Assembly (NCBI GenBank): GCA_047495785.1
Contig: JBLDXI010000012.1
Coordinates: 124,001 to 188,000 of the forward strand
DNA: 64,000 bases
Reading direction: 5' to 3'
Origin: Lepidodermella squamata
Lineage: Eukaryota > Animalia > Gastrotricha
Positions 1-11,958 of the stretch are shown here, piece by piece. Each line of letters opens with the position of its first letter. Position 1 is the first letter of the stretch. A program made the position numbers and the translations under genes. Below the pieces are notes generated by a model, which had not been told where the DNA came from, ran no database searches, and saw only the letters and a list, made by a program, of their open reading frames with translations.

Positions 1-326
1 CGTCCGCATTCTGCCGCCCAAGTTCTGTGAATGTCGCCCACTTCCAGGAATTTAATGCAATTCGATGAGCAGAAACCACCGCTTTCTACATCGAATAAAA
101 ATTTCCATCATCTGCGGGTGTAACCTTTTCTAGACACTAGGAATTTCATCTAAGATTGTTCTCGCATCCCTTCTTGAGGGTGTAACTTTTACCGGTTTGA
201 CATTGTTCCTTTTTCATCGATCGATAAGGCAATCAATTGTCAAATAGCGCGTGCATGGAAGTGCAATTTCCTTTTAAACTTTCATGGTCAGGTCACTCCT
301 TAAAACATTACTGGCATAATGTTACT

Positions 327-598
327 GGTGAATCCCTGGGAAATTATATCAGCACATATTTCATCCTCGCTCTCCATTAAATTCTTGTGAACTGTATTTT
401 TTCGTTAAAAAATGTTTTTCCAGCTGCTCAGTTAGACTTGGCTGGTGATTTGCTTAGTGATTAATGAATTCACGAGGGCAATCCCTGGCAACCAGAGCGT
501 CCCGGTAGTCAATATTGGCATTGAAAGCACAGCAAGCCACTGTGACGGCGATTCGGCGTCCGTTTGTTGAAATTATTGACCTTGAACTGTATCATTTC
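327..598. repeat. Duplicated upstream block of channel paralog 1 (copy at 3357-3649)
   Basis: Shared strings ggtgaatccctggg, gagggcaatccctggcaacc, gtcaatattggcattgaaagcaca and gaactgtatcatttc occur in the same order in both copies. Confidence 0.85.
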
Positions 599-698
599 GG
601 CGATAAGTAGCTGCCTAAACTCCGCGGCAGGCCCAATCGTTAAATTGCGCAATCAATCCATCGTATTGTCTCAGTCAGTTAATTTGCTCATTATTTCG

Positions 699-2070
699 AT
701 GGTATGTAACTTGTTTACCTAAAAATCATACAAAGCTTAGAAGTATTATTTTTCCAGGTTGTTCAAGCAGCTTTAAAAGTCACCATCCAACACTACTTCC
801 TGGCAGTGACAATCATTTTCAGGGGTCTATTGGCTGGTGAGGTATCTTCAAAACTATCCCCAAGGGATGAATTTTGCAGCAAACTGGCTTCCAATTGTCC
901 TTGGCTTCAAAGTGACACTGCTATCCCCTCAGATTATCCATTCATTAATGGCTCTTACGATAACACGCCTGTTTCCATCAAATTCAAGCCTGCCTCATTC
1001 CTCGGCATATCAGACCTTCAGCAAACATTCTCTATGCAGGGACAATTTGTGTTAGAATGGCAATTGCCACCTTGCGCTACTTGGAATTCGACAGATGTCG
1101 GCGTACCTGGTCTGGAAGTGGACCATTGCGTGATCAGAAAATCGGATATATGGCTTCCAAGTATTCAGCATTTCAACCAGATAGGGGAGAATGATCCATT
1201 TGCAAGGTAAGATTTCAAACTGACCTTTTCTTATGACGTCAACATGCGCCTTTGCACCTGATCAGTTCCGGCAAATCGGATGAGTATGTGGCTGTGGATA
1301 ATACTGGGATAGTCCACTGGTCAATTCCGAACATGTTCACATCGCAATGCCCCATGTCTTTCGCAAAGTGAGTAATCCATTTATCTTCCTCTGAATTAAA
1401 AACACAATCTATTACATGTTCAAGGTTCCCCTTTGACATTCAAAAATGCGCCATAGAGATCAGTCAGTACAATAAGATGGAGACGTGCGACTTGATACCC
1501 GACCACGATGGTACCATGCGTTACTTCAAAGGTGAACAAGCGTTCAGCGTATTCTCCGAGAGTGACCTGTGGGAACTGGCCAATTTTACTACTGAACGAA
1601 TTTCCCCAGAAAATGAAGACATCATCCGATTCGTGTTCACATTTCAGCGAAAGGCCAACGCTTATACTGCAGTTGTTTTCATACCGATGGCGCTGCTGTC
1701 TTTGCTGCAGTTGAGTATTCTCGGAATGCCAGCAGAAATGCCTGATCGAGCTGCCCTCGCTATGACAGCTTTCTTAGCCTCAGGCGTGCTTCTCAGCTTG
1801 ATAAGTGGTCAGTGCCCAGCAACACCCGAAATTATGCTGATGACAGCCAATCTGACAATTCAAATGACTGTTGGTACATTCATAACAAGCTACACCCTCC
1901 TGGTGTGTCGATTTGCTAACAATCGAAAGTCAAAGTTTTGCGTCAAATCAACTTATTTGGGCTGCTTATCGCTGACATTCGTAGATTTTTGTGATTTGGT
2001 TGTATTTGTTATCGCACTGATTGTTGATGTTACGGTGAACATCGCAGTTTTTCTGATAATGATCAGTTAA
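699..2070 (+). CDS. Cys-loop ligand-gated ion channel subunit, paralog 1 (exons 699-701, 758-1206, 1266-1367, 1425-2070)
   Basis: Spliced product has IWLPSI, a C-x13-C loop (CPMSFAKFPFDIQKC), pre-M1 FQRK and 4 TM segments with M2 PDRAALAMTAFLA. GT-AG introns keep frame. The first exon (ATG|gtatgt) is inferred. Confidence 0.9.
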
Positions 2071-2809
2071 TTATCCCATGAAATACTGAATTTTTCAAAC
2101 AAATGAATAATATGAAAGAAGGGTTTTTAATTCAATTTGAATGTCCTATTGAATTGAGCGAAGCTTTCGAGCTTTCTCTCAGTTCCCGCCAATGTACTGT
2201 TGCAAAAAGCGGTGATATCCTGTGCTATTTTCCACAAGCCACCAAAGAGGTCGAATCCGGACTGCGAGGCGGAGACCCGGCAGTTCGTGAAACTGCTTAT
2301 TCAGCCATTGATGTGAGAAAATAAGGCAGCGCGCCTTCTTGCACATGAATAGCTTATCGTTTGTGGCCAAATCAAATTCCGAAGCATTTCCAGATACACT
2401 GATTTATTCTTCCAATTTGTATCGCGACGTTTAGCAATTAAAAATATGCTACAAGCATATTCAAAGCTTTGGATAGCTTTGGCCAGTCACTGGACCATCA
2501 TATTACACAGCACTCTGGTCTCTGGTCATCTCGTCAAATACAGCATGATGATTCCGTCCAATTTTGACCAATCCCAAACAACGTTTCGTCGAGCTCATCC
2601 TCTTTTTCGAGGAGCCAGTTGTGAAAATTGATTTGCTTCAGGAAATAATCGACCAGCGTAGCTTGGGTTAAGACTTTTTTCAAATCACCAGATTTACGAA
2701 GTTAGATGAGAAAGGAATAAATCCGGGCTTCTTTTAACTTTCATCTTTTTAGCTTTTGTTGTGTGGTCTTTTTTCAAATTCTTTGATGTAAATACAAGTC
2801 TGCCAGGAA

Positions 2810-3009
2810 GGCAGACCGCCATAACAGCGAATACCCGAAACAGCGAACTCGACAAAACAGCGAAAAATCTAATTTGCGACATAACAGCGATTTTAATATA
2901 GGACATTACACAGCATTTTGGGGAGGATTTTTCGCTGTTTCGTCGCTTTCGCTGTTATGTCGGTTTCGCTGTTCTGCGCATTCGCTGTTTTGACGTCCTA
3001 CCGTCTGCC
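2810..3009. mobile_element. Palindromic MITE-like element (aacagcga / tcgctgtt family)
   Basis: Ends ggcagac...gtctgcc. The left half repeats aacagcga and the right half its reverse complement. A related copy lies at 62117-62284. Confidence 0.7.
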
Positions 3010-3356
3010 ATTTACGCGCGCTACCTGGCAGTATAACTAGGCTATCGAGGGATCTTTATTTCGATTTTTATTAGAAAGAGACAATTTGATGACCGACAAA
3101 AGCTTATTAGTAGTTCACGCCAAAATAATGGCCGTGCCGCATCATTAGTGCAACTAAAAATAGCTTTGACTTCGATCTCATCTTAATTTAGCTCGAGTGC
3201 TATTACGCGAACACCCTGTGATCGATATGAAATCGATGATCTGGGTTCATCGTTGATTGCTGGACTAAAATTAAACCGTTTCTCATGTTACTAAAAAGTC
3301 TTAAAGGTAATGGCTAAACTACATATGTGTCTCACAAATTTCAGTTCAATTTTACC

Positions 3357-3649
3357 GGTGAATCCCTGGGGATCGACTACTGAAACGCCAATTTCCCTCT
3401 CTGGAAAATTCCTCTGAATTATCTGCTTAAAACGTTTGAACTGTATTTTTCGTAAAAAAAATTGTCGTTTTATCAGCTGCACTATCATATCCGGTTGGTG
3501 ATTTGCTTAGTGACTAATAAATACACGAGGGCAATCCCTGGCAACCGCAGCGGCCTAGAAGTCAATATTGGCATTGAAAGCACAACAAGCCACTGAGGGC
3601 GACTCCGCGTCCATTTGTTGAAACTATTGATCTTGAACTGTATCATTTC
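3357..3649. repeat. Duplicated upstream block of channel paralog 2
   Basis: Colinear similarity to 327-598. Confidence 0.85.
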
Positions 3650-3758
3650 CGTGATTAGTTACCATCACCATTTAATATCACCCCCAAACGCCGATTTCGG
3701 CAAAAGCTGGCTTTTCAATCAAATTAAACTGTTAATTTCGCATATGTTCATAGCCGCA

Positions 3759-5119
3759 ATGGTATGTACCCTACTTGTATGACCTTTTAACAAAAATCAA
3801 GATCTTCTCTTTGATTCCAGGTTGTTTTGAAAATGAAACTCTGGCAGTTGCTGATTGTTCTAACAATCCTTTCCAACAGTCTACTAGCTGTGGAAGTACC
3901 TCCGAAGTCCTCACCCAGGGATGAATTTTGCAGCAAACTGGCTTCTAATTGTCCTTGGCTTCAAAGTGACACTGCCATCCCCTCAGATTATCCGTTCATT
4001 AATGGCTCTTACGATAATGTTGCTGTTTCCATCAAGTTCAAGCCCGCTGCGTTCCTCGGCATATCAGACCTACAACAGACGTTTTCCATGCAGGGGCAAT
4101 TTGTGTTAGAATGGCAACTGCCACCTTGTGCTGCCTGGAATTCTACGGATGTCGGCGTTCCGGGTCTTGAGATAGACTATTGCGCAATCAGAAAATCAAA
4201 CATTTGGCTTCCAAGCATTCAGCATTTTAATCAAATTGGAGAAAATGACCCCTTTGCCAGGTATTGAAGCCAGGAATTTCACACAAATTCTTACTAAGGC
4301 TTTGAACATTTCCAGTTCCAGCAAATCAGATGAATACGTTGCTGTGGATAGTTCTGGGAGAGTCCATTGGTCGATTCCGAACATGTTCATATCTCAATGC
4401 CCCATGTCCTTTGCAAAGTATGTAATCGTCAATGAAGTAATACGAATGCATAATATTATCATTTTCTACGAAGGTTCCCGTTTGACGTCCAAAAATGTGC
4501 GATTGAGATCAGCCAATACAACAAGCTTGAAACTTGCGACCTCATGCCCGATGAAAATGGCACTGTTCGGTACTTCAAAGGTGAACAGGCTTACGATGTT
4601 TTCTCCCAGAGTGACTTGTGGGAACTGGCCGATTTCACTACTGAACGCATTTCTCCAGAAAATGAAGACATCATCCGATTCGTGTTCACGTTCCAGCGAA
4701 AAGCTAATGCGTACACAGGGGTGGTATTCATACCCATGGCGCTGCTGTCCTTGCTACAGTTGAGTATCCTTGGCATGCCTGCTGAGATGCCTGATCGAGC
4801 TGCTCTGGCAATGACAGCTTTCTTAGCCTCCGGTGTGCTGCTCAGCTTGATAACTGGTCAGATCCCAGCAACACCCGAAATCATGCTGATGACAGCCAAT
4901 CTAACCATTCAAATGACTGTTGGTACATTCATAACAAGCTACACCCTTATTATATGCAGATTCGCCAATAATCGAAAATCAGCATTCAGGGCGAAATCAA
5001 CGTATTTAAGCTGCGTGACACTTTCATTCGTCGATTTTTGTGATTTGGTTGTGTTTCTCATAGCTTTTATTATAGACCTTGGGTCTAACATGGCAGTCTT
5101 TTTGATCATGAGCAGTTAA
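3759..5119 (+). CDS. Cys-loop ligand-gated ion channel subunit, paralog 2 (exons 3759-3761, 3821-4260, 4316-4417, 4474-5119; alternative ATGs 3744 or 3833)
   Basis: Signal peptide MKLWQLLIVLTILSNSLLA, Cys-loop CPMSFAKFPFDVQKC and 4 TM segments. Intron positions are the same as in paralog 1. Confidence 0.9.
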
Positions 5120-5701
5120 TCATATCAATATTACTCTTACTTTTGATATTACTTTTACTAAACAGTAAAGTGACGCGCAGTTGAATCAGATTCGGTTCTT
5201 TTGAAAACTCAGAGGTTCAGCGAGAATTAGGGAGGACTGAATGGATATATAAGGTCGATGGATTTTGATTAAGCTTTCAACAATAACAATGGAATCCGCA
5301 CTTTCATCGATTATTCAAGCACGGACTCTCACACGTTCAAATCTCGGAGTTAGAGATGACGCGTTGAAAATCACGGACCGTTCACGCCAACATGAGCCGA
5401 GTCGCATGAAGTATATACGTCAGCATTCACATTTGATGTCATCGAGCATCTAGTTCATTTCCTTTGATATCTAATATCTAATATCCCTATCGTCATGAAT
5501 GGCAATGAAATGCCGTTTAATTCACTTTCCGCAGCTGAATCAACACTGCGAACGATGAAATACAGCGATATTAATTGGCTGAGTGAAATATTAAGCAAAC
5601 AAAGCTTAGAGCCCATCCAATGTCGGTTTGCTCTAGCAATGTGTTGAATTGACACGAAATCGGCAACTCTGGTAGAATACAAAGCTCCGAAAAACCGAGA
5701 C

Positions 5702-6965
5702 ATGCGGCTTTTAGTCCTATCATCGGCAGCAATCTGCTACCTCGCGGTTGGAATAGTCGGCCAACTTGTTTCACCACGTGAAGAATTTTGTAACAAAGTG
5801 GCCTCAAATTGCCCTTGGCTGCAGAGTGACACAGCTATTCCGTCCGATTACCTCTTCAACAAAACATTTGCGAGCGTCCCCGTCTACGTCAAATTTAAAC
5901 CTGCGTCGTTTTTGGGCATCTCTGATTTGCACCAGACCTTTTCAATACAAGGCGCATTTATCATGCAGTGGCAACTACCTCCGTGTGCCTCGTGGAATGC
6001 AACTGATGTCGGAGTACCTGGCCTAAAAATTGAATCATGCTCAATCCGCAAATCTAAAATTTGGCTACCTAGCATACAACACTTCAATCAAATCGGGGAC
6101 GCCGATCCGTTTGCCAGGTAAATTTTTTAAATAATTAACGATTCATTCTTTTCTACTCTACTTACAGTTCTGGGAAATCAGATGAGTACGTTAGTCTTGA
6201 CAATAACGGCGTCGTCCATTGGTCGATACCCAACATGTTCACCTCGCAATGCCCGATGTCTTTTGCTAAGTAAGCGGTAAAACTCTTTGTGAATTATAGG
6301 CTTCATTTGACTGTTTTAGGTTCCCGTTTGATCGCCAAACATGCGCTATTGAAATCAGTCAATACAACAAGCTCGAAACTTGCAACTTGATCGCCGACGA
6401 ATCAGGAACCAAAGTGTATTTTCAGGAAAGTAATCTCGAGAACGTCTTTTCCACCAGTGACTTGTGGAAACTGGCGAATTTCACAACGGAGCGAATCTCC
6501 CCGGAAAATGAAGACATAATCCGGTTCGTATTCACGTTTCAGCGAAAAGCTGAAGCCTACATCGGCGTGGTATTCGTCCCGATGATGTTGCTCTCCCTCC
6601 TGCAACTGAGTATTATGGGCATGCCAGCTGAAATGGCCGATCGATCTGGCCTGGCAATGACAGCTTTCCTAGCGTCTGGCGTTCTTCTAAGCCTGATCAG
6701 TAGTCAGCTTCCAGCTACGCCGGAATACATGTATTTAACTATCAATCTGGGCATTCAAATGGCAATTGGTACCTTCATTACTAGCTATTCATTGCTCGTA
6801 TGCCGGTTCGCAAACCAACGGAATTCTTCGCTTAAGGCAAAGCATTCGATCGCAAAGTTCACCAGAATCAAAATTGTCGATCTTGTTGATTTTGCTGTGT
6901 TCTTTGCTGCGTTAGTTCTAGATATTCTCGTAAATTTTGCAACATTCATAATGATGAGTACTTAG
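5702..6965 (+). CDS. Cys-loop ligand-gated ion channel subunit, paralog 3 (exons 5702-6117, 6168-6269, 6320-6965)
   Basis: Signal peptide, Cys-loop CPMSFAKFPFDRQTC and M2 ADRSGLAMTAFLA, with conserved intron positions. Confidence 0.9.
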
Positions 6966-7108
6966 TTAGCTCGGAAATCTATTCAAGATCGTACCAAGTT
7001 GCGAATAAAAGTTTACAGTAAACTCAAAATATGTAGGCTTTACTTGAATATCGAAACAAAGATGTGCGCTCTCTAATCTTAAGGTGGAACAAACAAAGGG
7101 GTATAATT

Positions 7109-7495
7109 TTAGTTAGGTGCCATCGGCTTGATGTTTTTTGCACTCGAAAGTCGCATTCCGTTGCGGATAATCATCGGATGTCCTCTGATCCATTTAACCT
7201 TCGGCCGAACTTCCGTTGAATTCAGCTTGCTGGTTACAACTCGAATCTTCTCGCGATTGAACTGCACACGCTGCGGATTGTTGTCTTGCCGCAACGTTTC
7301 GTTCCAGAACGTTTTCGCAACTTGTCTACTGGTTTCCTCCTCAGCGTGTGAGCTGTCATCATTCAGCCAAGTCAGAAATTTCTCCAAGCGGCGTTCACCA
7401 TTTTCTAAGCTCAAGGCATCTGACGACGTTTGGGTGCATATCAGGCCTCCTATGGCTAGGTGGAAGATCAAGGTGTGATAAACAGTTGGAAACAT
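7109..7495 (-). CDS. Small secreted protein/peptide precursor (GRP-motif family)
   Basis: Signal peptide; RR site; KVKWIRGHPMII motif. Confidence 0.75.
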   Translation of the reverse strand: MFPTVYHTLIFHLAIGGLICTQTSSDALSLENGERRLEKFLTWLNDDSSHAEEETSRQVAKTFWNETLRQDNNPQRVQFNREKIRVVTSKLNSTEVRPKVKWIRGHPMIIRNGMRLSSAKNIKPMAPN

Positions 7496-7790
7496 GTTGA
7501 AAGCTAGAAACTATACTGAAATGACCTGAGTCACTTTACGTAAAGCCACGTACACTGAGTTTGCTTTATTAATTTCCGCTTTCTCATTAGTGTTTCCTGC
7601 GAGCGAAGTGCTTACCCGGTTTGACCAAATAAGTTTCGCACTTTTACGGCTAGGTACTAGTTACTACTATCAGGTCATGACGACACTTTCCAACTTTATT
7701 ATTCCCAGAACGCCCACGGACTATGAATCAAAGGGTAAAGATTTTCCGAAAACTATTGCTAACAATGAAAAAGTGTAGCACTGGCTTGAC

Positions 7791-8210
7791 TCATTCATCA
7801 AAAAACAAGTCTTCCTCGCGATCGTTCGGCCCGTGCTCATGAGTTGAGTGGTGGACTTTATCGTTGGCAAATACGTCACGCATATCAAGAGAATCGAGCG
7901 CGTTTTCGTTGTTCATATGCGGGTAGGCTGACAGTGACGTGTGTTGCGGCGTTTCGTCCTGATGACGGCTTAAGGATCGAGGCAGAATGTAGGTGCCATC
8001 GATCAGGTAGTAACCATGTATGTCGTCAATTTCGTCATCGTCGTGCTCTTTCTCCGCTGATTCAACTGAAGAGTGACGATGGAGTAGCCCGGATATTGTG
8101 TTGAACGGGTTGTGAGAGCCAAACATTTTCGACGGCTTGTAAGGTCGGCAATCGATATTAGAGATACAAACAGCGACCAGAATGGCTAAAACTAGGTTAA
8201 ATCTCGTCAT
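7791..8210 (-). CDS. Small secreted His/Asp-rich protein (GYYL family)
   Basis: Signal peptide; LHRHSSVESAE and GYYLIDGTYILP are shared with the 8875 and 9755 ORFs. Confidence 0.85.
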   Translation of the reverse strand: MTRFNLVLAILVAVCISNIDCRPYKPSKMFGSHNPFNTISGLLHRHSSVESAEKEHDDDEIDDIHGYYLIDGTYILPRSLSRHQDETPQHTSLSAYPHMNNENALDSLDMRDVFANDKVHHSTHEHGPNDREEDLFFDE

Positions 8211-8874
8211 TTTTCTTGATTTTCACTAAAAAGGCTTGAAAATTGTTAAAAAATTGGCTCGGTTATTTGATTATAATGAAAAGGTGTAGAACGAGCATGC
8301 CCACTGGGCAACATACATCCGCGGCAAAGTCCGGGGATTTAGGGATTCCGCTGGTGACGCCTATGCAATATTCTCAATTCTTCATAAATATATCGAGTGC
8401 ATGCAAATTATTTGTATGTGTAAAATAGCTATACAAATCAATTTACAGCCACAAAGGACATTGCAGGGTAGTGTATATTCAATTAATAGAAACGATATTT
8501 AAACACCACGCATTGTCAACTTAAGTGGTAAAAACCGAAAAAAACAGGTAATGAAGCGGTAAAAGATTGATATGTCCGATGTCCGCTCACCTTTCCCGCT
8601 GAAAAATAGTTGTTTGTTTGGGACAGAAATCACGAAAATTGATTGCACCTGTTTGGCAGATTTGATTTTCGGCCAAGTAGCAACTCACTGCAGATTTGTA
8701 AATGTGAGAGTGCGGATATGATGATTCTTTTATCAATCGAATCCTGTATCCTGTCTGTGATAGTCTGAATCAATTACCGGTTTGCAAATAAATTTATTTC
8801 AAGTTCGTGATTCATGAGGGTCAGATTCAATTACTGCCCCTAGATCAAGTACTGCATCTCTGGGGTATATATTA

Positions 8875-9201
8875 TTATTTGTTTTCGTAGTAATAATAGT
8901 AATCATCAGATTCGTTGTCGACTGGCGCTGCTGGCTGCTGCGGCTGGACGTCATTAATCGGCGTCAAGTCATTCTCCTCGCTCGCGTCCCTAGCCGGCTT
9001 CACGGGGAAAAAGTACTGGCCATTAATCAGATAATAGCCGAACTCATTGTCCATGTCTGCACCAGCGTGATCTCGCTCAGCCGAGTCCCGTGACCTGTGG
9101 TGATGCAGGCCTTTCGATAAAGTAGAAAATCCTCGATTTTCACCAATCATTAAAGCGAGGATGATAAAACAAGAAAGCAATGTTACGGAGGACATGGTCA
9201 T
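8875..9201 (-). CDS. Small secreted protein (GYYL family)
   Basis: Signal peptide; LHHHRSRDSAE; GYYLINGQYFFP; poly-Tyr tail. Confidence 0.85.
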   Translation of the reverse strand: MTMSSVTLLSCFIILALMIGENRGFSTLSKGLHHHRSRDSAERDHAGADMDNEFGYYLINGQYFFPVKPARDASEENDLTPINDVQPQQPAAPVDNESDDYYYYYENK

Positions 9202-9754
9202 AACTTTGTAGCATCAATGAAATGTAGAACATTGGGTCTATGAAAGCAAATTTATTTATTCACTGACAAAAAGTGTCAGACAATCCTTTTCTTCACCATA
9301 CCCGAGGGAAAGTTATAACGCAAAACAAAATCAGTGTAAAAATGATTGGAGTGGATATTCGTACTCCAATAAGTACGCGTTTTTGACTTAGAAAGGGACA
9401 TCGGCTCGAAATGTTCTACTTTTCAAACTTAGTAAAGCTCAGGCGTCATCTGATTGGAAAAGGCGATTGAGCAGAACCTTTCAGATAGGTCAGGAAGCTC
9501 AAAATTCAGTTGTAATGATAAAATCAAACAAAAATAAGCTTTGTTGACAAGAGGCCAGTTTGTTTTTTCCAACCAGGTGGAGTTTGCGAGTCTTTAGCAA
9601 TTTTTTTTCAATTATCCGCTTCTGGAACCTCTTCTAAGTACAAAGACACGAAAATGCGTACCTATTCTAGTACGAGTATCCAATCCGAAATTTTATTAAA
9701 TGATAGATACCAGCATCCACAATACAATAGTTTACAGAGAATCAGATGCTCATG

Positions 9755-10009
9755 TTATTCCTTATCGAAAAGACCGTCCTTGAAGTAGACACTGTCTTCT
9801 AGGTCATCGAAAGCAGTCCGCGGCAGATGGAATTGGCCGTCAGCCATCAAAAACCCATGAACATCGTCATTCTCCTCGCCAGGATGAGGCAGTTCAGCTG
9901 AGGTCTCCGTATTGTGAACGTGAAGCGCACCAAGAGGAACAGCTTCACAGACGTTCGAAACACAGATCAGCAGTGCGCTGATGACCAAAATTACAATGGA
10001 TGATTGCAT
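9755..10009 (-). CDS. Small secreted protein (GYYL family)
   Basis: Signal peptide; LHVHNTETSAE; GFLMADGQFHLP. Confidence 0.85.
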   Translation of the reverse strand: MQSSIVILVISALLICVSNVCEAVPLGALHVHNTETSAELPHPGEENDDVHGFLMADGQFHLPRTAFDDLEDSVYFKDGLFDKE

Positions 10010-10181
10010 TAGTATATAGGATAATTTATTGCTACAACAGGGTTGGCGGAGTGAAAAACTGGAAAATTCCTCGCCGCGATTTCGCCTTTAAATCGATCTG
10101 GCGTATGAGTAGGCGACCATTTTCTCATAGCTCGATGGTTTTTAAGCGCTTACGCGAGCTGAAAAAAGCGCACGCCGGTTG

Positions 10182-10439
10182 CTAGGCTCTCTGTAATACG
10201 TCATCGTATCCACTTGGGTATCCGTATAGCTCTATATAGACCTGCCACTCCTCTGCGGACAATGGAGAACTAAGGAAGCGATTTCGGATATCCTGCAAAT
10301 CAAACTCAACATCATCGTCCTCCTCGTCTGGCTCTTCGAGTGGCCAGAGACGTTGCGCGTAGCCAGATAGCTCGCAACAACAGAAGACCACCCAACAGCA
10401 CAGGATGGCACCCACAAATGTTGAGTTTGATAGAATCAT
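10182..10439 (-). CDS. Small secreted acidic protein
   Basis: ATG at 10439, hydrophobic leader ending GYA, acidic EEPDEEDDD segment. Confidence 0.7.
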   Translation of the reverse strand: MILSNSTFVGAILCCWVVFCCCELSGYAQRLWPLEEPDEEDDDVEFDLQDIRNRFLSSPLSAEEWQVYIELYGYPSGYDDVLQRA

Positions 10440-10547
10440 TACGCTAAAATAAAACGAGACAGGGGGCGGCAACTGACCATGATTTACTCATTATCACTAT
10501 AATTGCAATCAATTTAAATTGATTTTTTTCAGAACTATCAGATAGTT

Positions 10548-10844
10548 CTACTGACGCGCTAATCTATTCGAAAGTTCTGCAGCCAGTTGTTGAACTGCCA
10601 AAATTTTGCGTTGTTGCGACTGTAAGTCGTCTGCATTTGTGATGATGCCTTGCTTTCGAAGTTGCGCCGCCAGTACTCTGTGAACCGGATCGAGAACTAC
10701 TGTTTGCGGTCCCAATTTCGCCTGCCAGTTGTATTTATAGCCCATGTTACCTTCTTGCGGCACGTAATCAGGCCGACGAGCCACCGTAACATCGTGAAAT
10801 TGTAAAAACAAGACGAAAGTAAGCGTCCAAATAAGCCCAGACAT
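10548..10844 (-). CDS. Small secreted protein (HWQ/helix family)
   Basis: Signal peptide; YNWQ...DP...LAAELSNR; paralog of 11120. Confidence 0.85.
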   Translation of the reverse strand: MSGLIWTLTFVLFLQFHDVTVARRPDYVPQEGNMGYKYNWQAKLGPQTVVLDPVHRVLAAQLRKQGIITNADDLQSQQRKILAVQQLAAELSNRLARQ

Positions 10845-11119
10845 TTCAGTAATATAAGAACGATATTTTGATGGATTGGGGGACTATTCCTGAGTTTTGT
10901 ATGCGTCGAGCCCACTCACGGTTGGTTTAATACTGTGTAGCTCTAACTCGTCGATAAATCAAGCGGTAATTTATGAGCCGAACTCAACTAAAAATTGAAT
11001 CAGCCGGGAGCGAAAAACAATAATTACGCATTCCGTCGATACTTTTATTCAATTCTGCGCTGCGCAAATCTGGTTTGATAATCATGATTTTGTGCTACAA
11101 CATCGGTCAGGCAATGGAA

Positions 11120-11467
11120 CTAGCCTGATTTTTGGGGACCTGGCCGTCGCATAACTCTAGATGCAAATTCCGCTGCTGCAACTCGAATTGCCTCCGCCCG
11201 CCGGTATTGAACCTCAATGCTGTCGGTTTCGGTGACTAAGCCCATTTTTTTCATTTGGTCGACAATCTTCCAGACTGCTGGGTCGTTAAATCGCTGGTTT
11301 AAATTAGCCCGTCCTTGCCAGTGGAAGGAGCCTGTTTGCGGGGTGCTGGTGTTGGCTTGAACGACGAATCGAGTCTTAGATTTGTTGATGTTGATAGGCA
11401 TTGGTAGGCAGACTACGTTAAGCAGAAGGAAACAGACGATTCCGGTCACTCTGAAGGCCATTTTCAT
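11120..11467 (-). CDS. Small secreted protein (HWQ/helix family)
   Basis: Signal peptide; KSKTRF; FHWQ...DP...AAAEFASR; terminal Gly. Confidence 0.85.
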   Translation of the reverse strand: MKMAFRVTGIVCFLLLNVVCLPMPININKSKTRFVVQANTSTPQTGSFHWQGRANLNQRFNDPAVWKIVDQMKKMGLVTETDSIEVQYRRAEAIRVAAAEFASRVMRRPGPQKSG

Positions 11468-11751
11468 TCAGAATACAGTATGTGACGATGAAACCAAAAT
11501 GTCAATGACTGACGGAGCGAAAAGAAGAGGATAAGGCTCTATATTCTCCGCACTTTTTCCCTGGATTTGAGATATTTTGAGCTTAAAATATTATTACGTC
11601 TGCTTTAATCTCACTCAATCGAGCTAATAGAAGGGCAATTGCGAATGGATGGAAATAGAACTGAGCTGAACGATTCAGCTTCCAATACGAGATAAATTTA
11701 CACGCACGAGTTCACTACGCAAATTTCAGTGAAAGCGGACATAACGAATCA

Positions 11752-11958
11752 TTAGTCGTAATCGACCGGTGCCTTGCCATTTCCTTGCCAAAACAGCCGC
11801 ATTGGAACGCTGTCATCGAAATTGGCATAGCTATGCAGTGGATGATTCATCAGGGCGTAATGGAAGATCGTAGATCGCTTTACAATATTGCAGGTTGCCA
11901 AATTCAGAGTAGCCATCAGCAGTACAAGGGAAAGAAGGAAAAACTGCTTAGCAAGCAT
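11752..11958 (-). CDS. Small secreted peptide precursor (WQ motif)
   Basis: Signal peptide; KR site; LFWQGNGK. Confidence 0.75.
   Translation of the reverse strand: MLAKQFFLLSLVLLMATLNLATCNIVKRSTIFHYALMNHPLHSYANFDDSVPMRLFWQGNGKAPVDYD

Noticed and set aside
421-600. Minus-strand reading LWLPGIALVNS resembling a channel WxPD motif
   Set aside because: The frame is short and bounded by stops, and the Trp is not kept in the duplicate copy.
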